From positions 40,674,001 to 40,738,000 of the forward strand of contig CM059432.1 in assembly GCA_030390025.1 (NCBI GenBank): 64,000 nt of DNA. Direction: 5' to 3'. The position numbers were made by a program, and so were the translations under genes. Of this stretch, positions 27,126 through 40,037 are shown piece by piece. The notes under the pieces are model-generated. The model made no database searches. It was given only the letters and a program-made list of their open reading frames with translations, and was not told the origin of the DNA. Source of the stretch: Squalus acanthias (Eukaryota). The first letter of the stretch is position 1. Every line of letters starts with the position of its first letter.

Positions 27126-27247
27126 CTGACTGCCAGTAATGCGGTACAGAATGCCAGCAAAGACCTCTGGATACAGATTGATCTGTTGCACTGAATTAAG
27201 GGTCCTTAACGATAATGTCTTGTTATCATGTGTCAATTCAAAAAGGC
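27126..27247 (-). CDS. DPY19L4: DPY19L4 exon: (G)LFELTHDNKTLSLRTLNSVQQINLYPEVFAGILYRITGSQ
   Basis: ctattag|GC...CAG|gtacg; 122 nt; NLYPE motif. Confidence 0.95.
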
Positions 27248-27331
27248 CTAATAGTAAAATAGTAACATACTGAGCAAATCACTTTTATACAACATTATGT
27301 AACTAATTTCCTTCTCTGACAGTCTTTCACC

Positions 27332-27793
27332 ATAATTCCAGAGATGAGGGGGTTGACTTATGAAGAAAGGTTGGGCCTATACTCATTGGAATTTAGAAGA
27401 ATGTGAGGTGATCTTGTTGAAACATAAGATACTGAGGGGGCTCGACAAGGTAGATGCAGAGAGGATGTTTCCCATTGTGGGGAAATCTAGAACTCGGGGG
27501 CATAGTTTTGGAATAAAGGGTCGCCCTTTTAGAACTGAGATGAGGAGGAATTTCTTCTCTCAGAGGGTCGTAAATCTGTGGAATTCTTTGCCGCAGAGAG
27601 CCGTGGAGGCTGGGTCATTAAATACATTTAAGGTGGAGATAGACAGATTTTTGCAAGATAAGGGAGTGAAGGGTTATGGGGAGCGGGCAGGGAAGTGGCT
27701 TTGAGCCCAAGAGCAGCCATGATCTTATTGAATGGCGGAGCAGGCTCGAGGGGCCAAGTGACCTATTCCTGCTCCTATTTCTTATGTTCTTAT
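27332..27793 (+). mobile_element. CR1 3' fragment
   Basis: ORF 27360..27704; TTATGTTC tail. Confidence 0.9.
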
Positions 27794-28172
27794 GGCTAGG
27801 TTACACATCAGGATGACCACACCAGTGAGAAGGTCACCAGCAGTGAAGCATGACAAGCATGCAAATTCAGAGGTCCAACAGCACAATGGGTTGCAAACAT
27901 ACAATAAAATAATCTGGACATCTGGGAGTAAATTAATGCAGATTACATTACAGAACACCCAAAAGAAATATTTACACTTCAGATACAAGCTTTAAAAAAA
28001 CCCTAGATAATAGTGGGGCAAAATCACGCTGCACTCCCAGAAAGAAAAGAAAAAAGGGCATCTATCTATAATAAAGTTAAAAGTGCTGCTAAAGGTTGAG
28101 TGGCTTCAACTGATTGTTTATGGCTTGTGGGGAAAATCTACCAAAGATACATTGCAAAATTTATTAAAATAC

Positions 28173-28263
28173 CTTCTTGGATTGACGTTGCCTGCAACAT
28201 CTTTTTATAATAGTAGTAGTATAAGCCACTGTCCGCTTGAAAAGAGATTTCTCGTTCAAGATC
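28173..28263 (-). CDS. DPY19L4: DPY19L4 exon: DLEREISFQADSGLYYYYYKKMLQATSIQE(G)
   Basis: ctttag|GAT...GAAG|gtatt; 91 nt; conserved EREISF..YY DPY19 luminal motif. Confidence 0.95.
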
Positions 28264-28587
28264 CTAAAGGGCACAAAAACAAACAAGGTTGATGAGGGCA
28301 TTCAGCGTTGTTCCTATGCAACAATGAAGTTGACAGTGAGAAACCTGAAATTTGTCTTTCAATGACTTTCATATTAAAAATAAACAGTATTTGTTGATGC
28401 ACAGAGTGGTCTGCACAGAATGGTTTTAAACCGAGTGCACTTGAACAGAGTGTTAAAGTTGGGAATTTGGAGAGCGTGGGAATTCAGTGCAGAGGGGGAA
28501 GGAGGTGCTGCTTTTTGCAGGTAATTATTTAATTAATTGTATCTGTAACTTAAACTAAATTTATAAGTTAATGTAATTAAATACTAG

Positions 28588-28854
28588 AGCCTAGAAATTG
28601 GGATACTTACCACCACCATGAAAAAAAATGGTGGCTGCCACACTAACGTGTTTTAGCCGCATGCACTGATTTTAGTCGAAAACGCCTCACACACAATACA
28701 GGTAAATGTACATCAAGTGTATATTTATTTAACAAATATCTACCACCGTTCAGTGTGAAAATGTAGTTTTTCTCTGTCACCAAAGTTCTGGTGTGGGACT
28801 CGGCGGCCGCCATTTTGGTGAGGGCCATAGCGCAGCCATTAGCAGCCCTGGACA
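28588..28854. mobile_element. Truncated CpG-containing MITE-like fragment
   Basis: Start agcctagaaattgg resembles the GG(G)C..GAA(A)TT ends of the other MITEs; contains GGCGGCCGCCATTTTG, similar to GGCGGCCATTTTG in 50484-50831. Confidence 0.4.
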
Positions 28855-29165
28855 TGAACTAGAACAAGGGGGCATAGTCTCAGGATAAGGGGTCGGCCAT
28901 TTAAGACTGAGATGAAGAGGAATTTCCTCACTCAGAGGGTTGTGAATCTTTGGAATTCTCTACCCCAAAGGGCTATGGATTCTGAATCGTTGAGTATATT
29001 CAAGGCTGAGATAAACAGATTTTTGGACTCATGGGGAATCAAGGGATATGGGGATCAGGCAGGAAAGTGGAATTGAGGTCAAAGATCAGCCATGATCTTA
29101 TTGAACGGTAGAGCAGGCTCGAGGGCCATATGGCCTACTCCTGCTCCTAATTCTTATGTTCTTAT
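28855..29165 (+). mobile_element. CR1 3' fragment
   Basis: aggggcatagtctcaggataaggggtcggcc...ttcttatgttcttat. Confidence 0.9.
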
Positions 29166-29559
29166 AGTCTTAATATCACATATCAGCAAATAAAACTAAA
29201 GTGTGCGTACATATGCAAATTTGCACTGAGGGCGTACACACATAGGCAGTGGGTGGGGCAGAGGGCAAGTACTCTTGATCAACTTTTCTATTAGTTCTGA
29301 AACATATAGGGGAAGATATTATTGGGTGTGCACCCAGATGCACTGTCGACCTGAGCACGGCGAATATTGGAAAATCAAGGGGCTCGAAGTGCACGCCTGT
29401 AAAGCAACACACCTAATTTTCCTCTGTCCTTTACAGGCGTGTGCTCCCATCAACCTGATTTTTTGATATTTGCTGCATCCAGGCACAGACCCAGGAAAAT
29501 CTCCCCGATCATCTCATATTTCTCCTCATCAAGAAAGGTGACGAATTACTCATTTAATA

Positions 29560-31180
29560 AGAAAATAAAAACTACAAATGATGGAAACCTAGAACAAAAG
29601 TAGAAAATGCTAGAAATACACAGATCAGTCAGCAGGTCAGCAGAAAACACTGGTAACACCTTCAATAGAACTGAATTTTAGTAGGGTTGGGGGAAAAAAA
29701 ACTGCAGATGCAGAAGGTTTGAAATGAAAATAAAAAATTGCTAGAAACACGGTAGATCCACTCTTACCAATAAACAGGAAAAAAAAAAGGTCAATGCTTT
29801 GGACACAGACACCCCCTGCCAGAACTTAGTACGGTTGAGGCATCTACACTGACGTGTCAACTTGCCTCTTCTCCCCCGGATGCTGACAGACCCACCTCTA
29901 CATTAACAGCATCCCCTGTTGTAAAGAAAATGAGGGATATAGCTCAGGGCTGAAGTTACTAAAGTTTCATCTTTCTCATGGAGTGCAGAGTGCCGAGGAC
30001 AAAGACACTTTTCTTTAAGCTTGTGCGAGCTTGGTTAAAACTGTACAAGAGGCAAAAGATGGAGAGCTCAAAGTGTGCATGAAAGGGGGAGTTAAGTGAC
30101 AAGCTACGGGGAGGTCAGGGTTAAGCTTACTGCAGAATGGAGATGTTCAGAAAAGATGTCACTGGTTTCCCAATGTAGAGAAGACCATATCACGAGCAGC
30201 GAATACAGTATACCAGATTAGAAGAAATAAACCACCATCTCATGGAAGGATTGTTTAGTGCTCCAGACAATGGCATGGGAGGAGGTGAAGGAACAGGTGT
30301 GGCATCTGCTGCTGTTACACAGGAAAGTGCCAGGGTGGGCCGCTGCAAGTGGAGGTAGTGGAAGGGTGAACAAGGGTATCCTGGAGTAACAGTGCCTCCG
30401 GAAAACAGAGAAGGGAGAGGAACTGAAGATCTACCTCGTGGCAGGATCACGTTGTTGGTGATAGAAATAGCAGATGATGATCTGGTAAATGTGGAGGCTA
30501 GTGGTGGGAAGATGCAGATAAGGGGACCTCGTCATTGCTGCAAAAGAAGGGGGAAGGGGCGAAAACAGAAGTACAAGAAACTGAGCAAACCGGATCAAAA
30601 GTTCTGCTGACCATTATTGAAAGGCAACCTCAGCCAAGGAAAAAGGACATTAAAGAAACTCTGCTATGGAAAATGGAATAATCACAGGAAATGTGACAGA
30701 GACAGCGAAACTGGGAGAATGCAGTAGAGATTTAACAGAAATTGAGGTGGAACGAAACATTATCCAGAGACTTATGGGAGTCGGTAGGCTTGTAATAGAT
30801 CTCTGTGGAAAACCAATCACTCGAGATGAAGAGATAGAAGTCCAGGAAGAGAAGGGATGAGTCAGAGATGGATTATATAAAAATGAGGAATTGAAAGCAT
30901 TGTTAATGCAATTCTGAAGATCAGAGCAAGGCCGGAGGCAGCACCAAAACAATGGTCAATGTAATGGAAGAAGAGGTTAGTAAAGGGTCCTGAATAGGAT
31001 TGGAACAATGTGTTCCTATAAAAAGACAGACAGATATAGCTGGAACCCAAGTGGGTTGCCATAGTGACACCTATTATCTGGAGGAAATGAGTGGAGTTAA
31101 AAAAAGCTGTTCAAGGAGAGAAACTGTTCAGTCAGGCGAAGGGTGGTAGTGGTGGATGGGAACTGTTTGAGCCACTGTTC
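29560..31180 (-). mobile_element. Old degraded Penelope-like retroelement (RT, GIY-YIG remnants, pLTR)
   Basis: MATHLGSSY..LFQSYSGP..LFFHYIDHCFGAAS (YIDD-type PLE RT motif) and SSNLVYCIRCS (GIY-YIG region); decayed aaatgctagaaatacac pLTR blocks at 29570-29760. Confidence 0.78.
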
Positions 31181-31562
31181 AACTATTTATTTGCATTTTG
31201 TTAAATGAGAAATGAATAATGGCTTAAACAGAAGTTGTGAAACTCTGACTTTCATTTTCTTACATTTCTAGCAGGAACAATCATAAATAATAGCTGGAAG
31301 AATGCAAAAGACTGCATTCTTGAAAGCTAATCTAGGTTTACTGTTGTAACGGATTCACATTATGCACCATCGTTTATCTTTATTAAATCTGCCATTTTCC
31401 AATTCTGTGATTTCCAAGTACTACCACCTTACACTAAACTGGCAACCCTGGCTGCATTAACCGGATCTACCAGTGTTTTATCTCCATTTCACTTTTGGAA
31501 TTTACTTAGTTTGCAATGTGTCCATATATTCCTATTAAATACCACTGATTTTATGTCATTAG

Positions 31563-32553
31563 AACAACAACAACTTGTATTTATACAGCGCCTTTAACAC
31601 AGTAAAATGTCCCACGGTGCTTCACAGGAGCGTTATCAATCAAAATTTGACACCGAGCCACATAAGGAAATATTAGGGCAGAGCTTGGTCAAAGAGGTAG
31701 GTTTTAAGGAGAGTCTTAAAGGAAGAAAGAGAGGTAGAGAGGCGGAGAGGTTTAGGGAGGGAATTCCAGAACTTAGGGCCTTGGCAACAGAAGGCACGGC
31801 CACCAATGGCGGAGCAATTAAAATCGGGGATGCTCAAGAAGCCAGAATTGGAGGAGTGCAGATATCTCGGAAGGTTGTAGGGCTGGAGGAGATTACAGAG
31901 ATAGGGAGGAGTGAGGCCATGGCGGGATTTGAAAACGAGAATGAGAATTTTAAAATCGTGGCGTTGCTTAACCGGGAGCCAATGGAGGTCAGCGAGCACA
32001 GGGGTGCTAGGTGAACAGGACTTGGTGCGAGTTAGGACATGGGCAGCCGAGTTTTGGATGCCCTCAAGTTTATGAAGGGCAGATCATGGGAGGCCAGCCA
32101 GGAGTGCGTTGGAATAGTCAAGTCTAGAGGTAACAAAGGCATGGATGAGGGTTCCAGCAGCAGATGAGCTGAGGCAGGGGCAGCGTAGGGCGATGTTACA
32201 GAGGTGGAAATAGGCGGTCTTAGTGATGGCGCGGATATGTGGTCAGAAGTTCATCGTGGGGTCAAATATGACACCAAAGTTGCAAACAATCTGGTTCAGC
32301 CTCAGACAGATGCTAGGGAGAGGGATGGAGTCAGTGGGTAGGGAACAGAGTTTGTGGCGGGGACCGAAAACAATGGCTTCAATCTTCCCAATATTTAGAT
32401 GGAGGAAATTTCTGCTCATCCAGTACTGGATGTCGGACAAGCAGGCTGACAATTTAGAGACTGTGGAGTCGTCGAGAGAGGTGGTGGTGAGGTAGAGCTG
32501 GATGTCGTCAGCGTACTTGTGGAAACGTCGCTGTGTTTTCGGATGATATCGCC
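31563..32553 (-). mobile_element. L2 LINE 3' fragment
   Basis: FHKYADDIQLY, LHWLPVKQR, GGRAF..GPKFWNSLP; (GTT)n tail. Confidence 0.92.
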
Positions 32554-33935
32554 TAGAAACATCAGAATTGGTTCTTTTAACTAGAGCACCCCTATTCAAA
32601 AATCACAACTCTGACTGGAGACAAATACATTAGCTTAAAGGAAGAGATAAAAAGGTGTCACTATGGCAATGTACTGGTTCCAGCTATACCTGTTTTGTTT
32701 GTAAGCTATGTGGAACATTACATTGCCCAGGGTGTTGGTGCTGCCTTCTCCTGATCTGGTGAATTACATCAACTATGCTTCCAATTCCTCATGCTTATAT
32801 AATCCCTCTCTGACTCATCCCTTCCTGTACTTCTCTTTCTGTCTCATTTTTGTCAGCCAGTGTCAGTTTGAACGCATCTTATTTTATATGAAATATATAT
32901 CAGAGTAGATAATGTGAGACCACATGAAGCAGTCATAGCACAAACAGAATTACCACCGAGCAATGGGGGCAAACATACCTAATAGCATCAAACAAAGTCT
33001 TTACATGAACACACTTAATAACTGTTTCTGTAAACTAGCAAGCGTCTTCAAGTTTGTTACACTATAGCTGTGAAAATCTCCTTACACAGGCTTTGGTGTC
33101 ATTTGCTAATACAGTGTATCTGTGGGGCCCTTTATTAATACTGAGAAACAGATACTCAAATCCTTTACTCAGAAGCCGTTTGGAGCAGTGCCGAAGTAAT
33201 ACTGTATTTTGTTACAAGAAATGAGAGAGCACAGATAAGCTTACACCTCTTCAGTGCCTTAATCACTTAACAGTCAGAATTACCATAGATTTCTGTACCA
33301 AAACTAAAACTGCTTTACAAAAACATTGTGCTGATAAACTAACAGCATCTTGAATTTTAGATACTTGTCTTGAAGTCCACATATTAAAATTGTACAAATA
33401 TGCGCTTCATTTTTGTGCAGGAAATTAAATATGAATTTAAAGGTGTGATTCCCCAAATGGTGAGGTTTCATTATCTGCCTCAGAACATCCAGGGAGCGCA
33501 GAGTAGTAGTACTTCCCTGCAAGAAGGGGGTTAAATAAAAATAAATATGACAGTGGGTGAGTCGTCCCAGGTCTTGAAGTGGGGTATCTACCATACTCTT
33601 GCTTGTGCTGTGCTTCATTCATCGACCATTAGACATTGCAAAGTTACTTTAGATTTGCAATTACTAAGATCACATAAAAAAGGCTTCATGTAAATCCAGT
33701 AGTTTTCCAATTCTATCATTAACATTTGTTTGGAAGCTGCAGTCAATGGCTGAGAACAGCATGTTACCCAGTGACTTTCAAAAGGATGTCTCCCCAGTTG
33801 TACTGAAGTATCTGAAAGTGCTGATTCTTGGAGTACAGTTTCACAAGTGTCAGCCCTCTCCAAACTTTACACAAGAGCCCATTCTTCATGTGAGAGACTT
33901 GAATGGGAGTACTAGCAGCAACTGTGAGACACAAT

Positions 33936-34696
33936 GGGCCAAAAATTCGGCACTTGCCGGGTGAGTACGCGCTGTGCACTCACCCGTAAGGCCTCCTGAA
34001 GTGCCGGTTTCCTGCATGCACTGCGCATGCGCGGGAAACCGGAACTTCCGGTCTCATGAAGGGAGCGGTTCAGAGGTGAACCGCATGCGCGGTAGAGGCT
34101 GCGCGCACGCAGCGAACCTAGGTTTTTTTCCAGGTTTCTCCGGAAGGGTAAGTATTGAAGAAGCTGTGCTTTTAAAAAGGAGGCGCAGGACCCGTTTTCA
34201 ACAAGGTAAGTGGTTAATTAATTAGAATTTAAAAAAATTTTCAACAGGTATCTTTTTCAGATACTTTAAAGAAAGGTAAGTTTATTTTTAGCACTGTTAA
34301 AAAGTATTTTAATTTTTTCAAAAATTTAAATTTTTGTTTAAAGTAGTTAATTTATTTAACTTAGTTATTTTAAAAATGTGATGGTTTTTTAAAATTTATT
34401 TGAAGTTTAGGTGTTGTTTTGGGGCTGATTTCAATTCATAAATTTGACAGGTCTTCCTGTCAAATCTATGAATGAAAGATGGTCTGCTGCCATTGGCTCT
34501 CCATGGCCCACGTGATCCCAGGGGACGCATCGCACTAACTACGCCCCTGGGATACACAAGCACTGCGCGCCGGCAGTTGGGGGGAGGCCCAGGAGCTGAA
34601 GTCCCCGTGGGCCCAGAGGTCAACGGCAGGCGCGGTAGGTAGTTGCGCGCGGGATCCTTGCACCCGCGGGAAGCCAGGGAGCCTCATTTCTGGGCC
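33936..34696. mobile_element. CpG-rich MITE-like element, same family as 17632-18264
   Basis: Ends GGGCCAAAAATT / ATTTCTGGGCC, AT on both flanks; shared blocks gggtgagtacgcgctgtgcactcacccgta and catggcccacgtgatcccaggg; AT-rich centre. Confidence 0.75.
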
Positions 34697-35694
34697 ATTG
34701 TACCCAAGTCTGATCCTGTCCTTAGAAGTGCACTTTCTAGCATAGGGATCAGGAGTGGGAACACTGGCTGATTTTTCCCCTCCTTCACCCAGGGGTGCTG
34801 AGGCCAGGTGTAGCATTCTGACTGCAGTTGCTCTAATTTTATTCTTTACTGCTTAGTTATGTTGCAGTATCTTAAAATCAACTATTTAAAAAAATTCCAT
34901 GATCCTGACCATCACAGATCTGCAAAGATAGGCAGGACATGCATCTGAGCAGATGAAATCTGAACATTGAATATATTGGCTAAAACTTGTAAATATTTCC
35001 AACCATGCAAGAAAGTCGGACATTTTTCACAAGTCCAACACCAGCAGGCACTTCTTGGTGACTCAACATGATGTACATCAGATGGGTAATGACATGTGCC
35101 TTTGCACAGCAACTGCCTCAGACTGCTTGCAAGCACGTTAGCAAGTTGTAAGATTTTCAAAAATCGAAGCTTCCCAATCGCCAAAGCAAAGTCATCTTAA
35201 AATGAACTAGTATGGGCTCAAGACTAGCCACTATACATCCTGGAAGGGCTTCTGAGCAATAAGCATAAATACTTAGAGAAAGACCATTTGGGTTACTGAA
35301 GAATCTTTTCTGTAGTTTCCATTGTCAGAATAAATCGAACAACTTCAGTTTCTGAGATGCATTATAAAACATACAAAATTAATCAGGAAATGTAATCAAA
35401 AAGATTCAACAACATGCATTACCATTTTTTAAAAATCTTTTATTTGAAAATAGGGCTCTTTGGAGAGGGAACAGAGGTGGGCTCAAAGAGTTTCAAGGCT
35501 GATTTGGAACATTATTCCAAGTCATCAATGGTTTTCAAATCACTGCTTTTGAAAAATTGACTCCATTATATCTTAGACGCAGTTCTGTACTTTACTATAC
35601 ACATATTTTATGTCCACCTCTCACTTCTAAACATGACAGAAAAACTTAAATAAAAATATAGCATTTAGCATGTAACCCATACTAAGTATTGGAG

Positions 35695-35925
35695 TAACAA
35701 CAGAAAACGCTGGAAAAACTCAGCAGGCCAGGCAGCATCCGTGGAGAGAGAAAGAGAGTTAACGTTTCAGGTCGATGACCTTTCGTCAGAACTGTTCTGA
35801 CGAAAGGTCATCGACCTGAAACGTTAACTCTCTTTCTCTCTCCACGGATGCTGCCTGGCCTGCTGAGTTTTTCCAGCGTTTTCTGTTGTTATTTCAGATT
35901 TCCAGCATCCGCAGTATTTTGCTAT
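35695..35925. mobile_element. Penelope-like pLTR fold-back insertion: 98-bp perfect inverted repeat with 1-nt spacer
   Basis: Arms 35695-35792 and 35794-35891; near-TSD CTAAGTATT(G/A)GAGT at 35682-35695 and 35929-35942. Confidence 0.9.
35757..35793 (-). ncRNA. Minimal type-I hammerhead ribozyme motif (family A); mirror copy on + at 35794-35829
   Basis: AGUU-CUGACGA-A-AGGUC-AUC-GACCU-GAAAC-GUU/AACU: stem I AGUU:AACU, stem II AGGUC:GACCU, palindromic AACGUU stem III. Confidence 0.75.
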
Positions 35926-36456
35926 CGCCTAAGTATTAGAGTGGTGGTCTGCCATAGGTAAACACACTCTTGGTGCAGCATAGAATCAAAGTTGATGAGT
36001 AAAGATTTGTAAGAAGGGCTTGGATGATACCCCCATAGTCGAATAGCACGCCAAAATGTGTAGAATAGACATTTGGACAAGGTACTACATGGCCTATTGA
36101 ACTGTACTCCAGCAGAAAGAAAGAGCAAACTTGTACTTATATAGCACCTTTCATAACCTCAGGGCACCCCAAAATGCTTCAGTCAATTAAGTACTTTTGA
36201 AGTGCAGTCACTGTTGTAATAACCACCTCCTTCAAGAAAGGAACAGAGGACTGATGGAGAGAGTGAAAGGGAAAAAAAGTAAGTACAGTGCCCACCGCTT
36301 ATAGCAGGTGCATTGGTGTTAACGCGATTTTTTTGGTAAAACTAAAAAGCTAAGTTACCAACATGTTTTAAAAAAACAGAACATCTCACTTAGCAACTGG
36401 CAATTGTTAGCAGTTGCATCCAGAATCTCATCACTAAGGTAATCGCACTTTAACAT

Positions 36457-36718
36457 GGTGTGAACAGCGGATTGAACCTGCTTGCAGACTCGACTCCATC
36501 TGAAATCAGCACAGTCTATTCAATCAATAAATACAATACAGGGGAATAACAAGGTGTGAACGGTGGATTGAAACTGCTTGAAGACCTGACTGCAACTGGA
36601 ATTAGTGCAGCCTTTTAAATGAATAAATACAATACAGGGGAATAACAAGGTGTGAATGGTGGTTTGATACTGCTTGAAAACCTGATCTTGGCTGAAATCA
36701 GCAGAGCCTTTTAAATTG
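36457..36718 (+). repeat. Tandem repeat, 96-bp period, about 2.7 diverged copies
   Basis: GGTGTGAA recurs at 36457, 36553 and 36649; aataaatacaatacaggggaataacaa is present twice. Confidence 0.85.
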
Positions 36719-37844
36719 GTAAGTACTTGTTGAACTGCCTGAAACAATCAGCACGCCACGTTATAAGTGACGCCTTTGCAATAGGCTCCTATAGTGATTG
36801 AAAATGTTAGCACCATTTGCCCGATATGGACAGTGTAAGTGGTGGGGACAGTTCAGTGCATTTGAAATTACTCTCAGCACTCAACTTCAGAAAGACACAC
36901 CTTAAAAGCACTGTAAAAATACTCAAAGGACTGCTTGTAATGATTAGAATTTTTTTTAATTACATATTCAAAGTAAAGCTCAATATTAGAGCACCTGGCT
37001 TGGAGGACATCGCCACCCCCTCATAAATCAGGAGACAAACTCTTAAAAATTCATGAGATTTGGTATAGAAATCATGAGTTGCTATTTTTTTCCCTCAACC
37101 TGCCCCCTCGCTGGCCTTTGCTCCGGACAGGAAACGCATTCGGCCATCACGCACCAATTACTGACATTAAAAACACATGAACATACGAAATAGGAGCAGG
37201 AGTAGCTGTCGCATCACTCGCAGGCCGGCCTCGCTCTGCTTTTGACTATTACCCTTTCCGGAACACTATGTTGTTATAATCTAGACCCTTCAATCACAGA
37301 AAACAGTCTGGCCTAGAAATACGGCTCGAGTGGTAGCACAAAACGGGCGGTATCGGATCAGCCGCCCATTATATGCAGAGCCTGGTATTCGGTTCCATTG
37401 ATGGCATTGGGGATTCAGTACACCTACTGAGCAGGGGAAGGGGGAAATTAGCTGGCAGAGAAAAATCAGTAAGAAAAATAACAATGCCAAATTCCCATTT
37501 TAAAAATCCTGCCAGTGTCAAGATGCATGAAAATTGTCACCATCCCGACTTTTGCCTATTTTGTAAGCAATGGCATATAGATTGTTCTTTGTATACAGCT
37601 TTGTGTGGTTGTATACAACTCATTGTATTCTGACTCATTACAGAGGGTAATATTCCATGCAATGCAGCTTCAATAATAAGAATCTTGAAGTCGGTATTAT
37701 AGTTATAAGTTATAAATATTGATTCATATTGATTCAACAAGATTTTCAAAGATGCATGTATTGAGAATAAATGAGATATTGCATCTAGCTGTGGATTCAT
37801 GTATCTTTGTCCAGTGGTCAAAGTGGTGCTCTCCAAGCTTTTTT

Positions 37845-37847
<3 letters not shown>

Positions 37848-37876
<29 letters not shown>
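37848..37876 (+). repeat. (AT)n microsatellite
   Basis: Seen directly; abuts the 5' end of a CR1. Confidence 0.95.
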
Positions 37877-37878
<2 letters not shown>

Positions 37879-38829
37879 GACCTGGATATTGGAACACAGT
37901 AGAATTTCTAAATTTGCCGATAACACCAAACTTGGGGGTGTGGCAAACAGTGAGGATGAAACCAATCGACTGCAACAGGACATAGAAAGGCTAGCAGAAT
38001 GGGCAGACAAGTGGCAGATGGAATTTAATACAGAGAAGTGTGAGGTGATGCATTTTGGCAGAAGGAACAGGAAGAGGCAATATACACTTAACGGCACAGT
38101 TTTAAAGAGAGTGCAGGGACAGAGGGACCTGGGAGTTAATGTGCATAGGTCCCTGAAGGTGGCAGGACATATTGAGAGAGTGGTTAACAAAGCATATGGG
38201 ATCTTGGGCTTCATAAATAGAGGTATTGAGTACAAAAGTAGAGAAGTCATGCTGAACCTTTATAAAGCACTGTTTAGGCCACAGCTGGAGTATTGCGTCC
38301 AGTTCTGGTCACCACACTTTAGGAAGGATGTGAAGGCACTTGAGAGGGTGCAGAGGAGATTTACCAGAATGGTTCCGGGGATGGGGGATCTTAGCTACAA
38401 GGACACGTTGGAGAAGCTGGATTTGTTTTCATTGGAGCAAAGGAGGTTGAGGGGTGATTTGATAGAGGTGTACAAGATTATGACGGGTTTGGATAGGCTA
38501 GACGGGGAAAGGCTGTTCCCACTAGTTGATGGTACAAGGACTAGGGGACACAGATTTAAGGTTTTGGGCAAGAGATACAGGGGGGACGTGAGGAAAAACT
38601 TTTTTACGCAGCGAGTGGTGAGGACCTGGAACTCGCTGCCGACGGAAGTGGTGGAAGCGGAGACACTCAATGTTTTCAAGGGGAGACTGGATAGGCACTT
38701 GAGGGAAATAAATTTGCAGGGCTACGGGGATAGAGTGGGGGAATGGGACTGACTGGATTGCTCTAGAGAGAACCGGCACGGACGCGATGGGCCGAATGGC
38801 CACCTTCTGTGCCGTTATGACACTCTATG
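37877..38829 (+). mobile_element. CR1 3' fragment with uninterrupted reading frame (young copy)
   Basis: ORF 37799..38752: ISKFADNTKLGG...[13 protein letters not shown]...WNSLP without stops. Confidence 0.93.
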
Positions 38830-39915
38830 GTCATCAGGATTACACGCTCAATTTAAGCTGTGCAAACCCAGTCTGAAGAAGGAGCAAAGTTTGGTTCTAT
38901 ACTATTGCCAACTTTCCCCAGGATGTCTCACTCCAAACCAATCCCTTTGCAGTCTGAAGGTTACATGGGATCTGAAGACCGAGATGAAAGGGATAGACAG
39001 TAACCCCTGGCGCTGAGAAGTGCTTCACACACAGTCTGAAACTCACAAACGCTCCAGAGCCCAGCGATTAGACTCAGATAAAACATCACACAGCGCAGGA
39101 AGTCTGGCACAGCTCGTTGCTGTTTCGGACTGCAGCTAGGCACAAGAAAAGCGATCGCATCCGCAAGAAAAATGGAGTCGACTTTCGAGGTACACTTCAA
39201 CATTAAATGGGGTCTGCGATCTAACGCTGCGGTCGGTACTGTGCCTGTTTCAGTGCCCATGGTCCGCAACAGCCTTTGATCAGGCAGTGATCCCGGACCC
39301 CATCCCCTTGAGAACCACTGACCCAACCCATGTGTCCCCAGCAGCCAATCACAGGAGGCAGTGACGAAGATTCACACAGCCGGGAAAAAAAATCATAATT
39401 TAATCGGAGGTGAATCGAGAGATCGCGAGTTGGGGAAAACTTTCATTAAAAAATCGTGTCTCTCGCAATTAAATCGCGAGAGTTGGCATTACTGGACATT
39501 CCTGACATGACAGGATTTTTGTTTTCTCTCCTTTCCGTCTCGGTCATGCATGTCTGATCCCCCCACCCCCAAAACTATGCTATAGGAAATACAGTCCACA
39601 GGGTAGTACCATTTTTGGGAGGCCAGGCACAGAGCTTGCCATTCAATCTTCTAAAGATGAACAACCTACACCAGCAAAGCACTGCTTTTAAACAGTACTT
39701 GCAGCCATCTGGTTCAAAGGTCATTAACAGGCCCTGAAACTTGCTTTCATTTATATGTGAAGAATAGCCACTTATGCAAGGTACCAGAGAACCACAACTG
39801 CTTGTTAGTATGAGTCACCACCTTCAGAAAAGGTGGTGTGGGGAGGGAAAAAATATCTTTAGCATTATCTTTAACAGCAAATTAGGCAAATCTCAAGATA
39901 TACTAACAATCTCAC

Positions 39916-40037
39916 CTGTCTGCTAGAAAACCAGAATTTTCTTTCATGAAATGTAGAAAGGTACACAGCATACAACATTCCACTTGCAATTGCTGCCCAG
40001 CTGCCAAAGAAAACCTTTACCCACTGATGAAAGGCAG
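39916..40037 (-). CDS. DPY19L4: DPY19L4 exon: (S)[40 protein letters not shown]
   Basis: tttgcag|CT...CAG|gtgag; 122 nt; first TM segment plus HERKFWFS motif. Confidence 0.95.

Noticed and set aside
35695..35891. miRNA precursor or transcription terminator
   Set aside because: The arms are Penelope pLTR sequence with several other copies in the window; a perfect 98-bp duplex is not typical of a pre-miRNA.
37799..38752. 317-aa ORF as a host gene
   Set aside because: It is the C-terminal part of CR1 ORF2; the N-terminus is read through flanking DNA and an (AT)n repeat.
39290..39500. hAT-like termini (ttgagaaccactg; cgcgagagttggcattactg)
   Set aside because: Only single ends were seen; partner TIRs and TSDs could not be defined.
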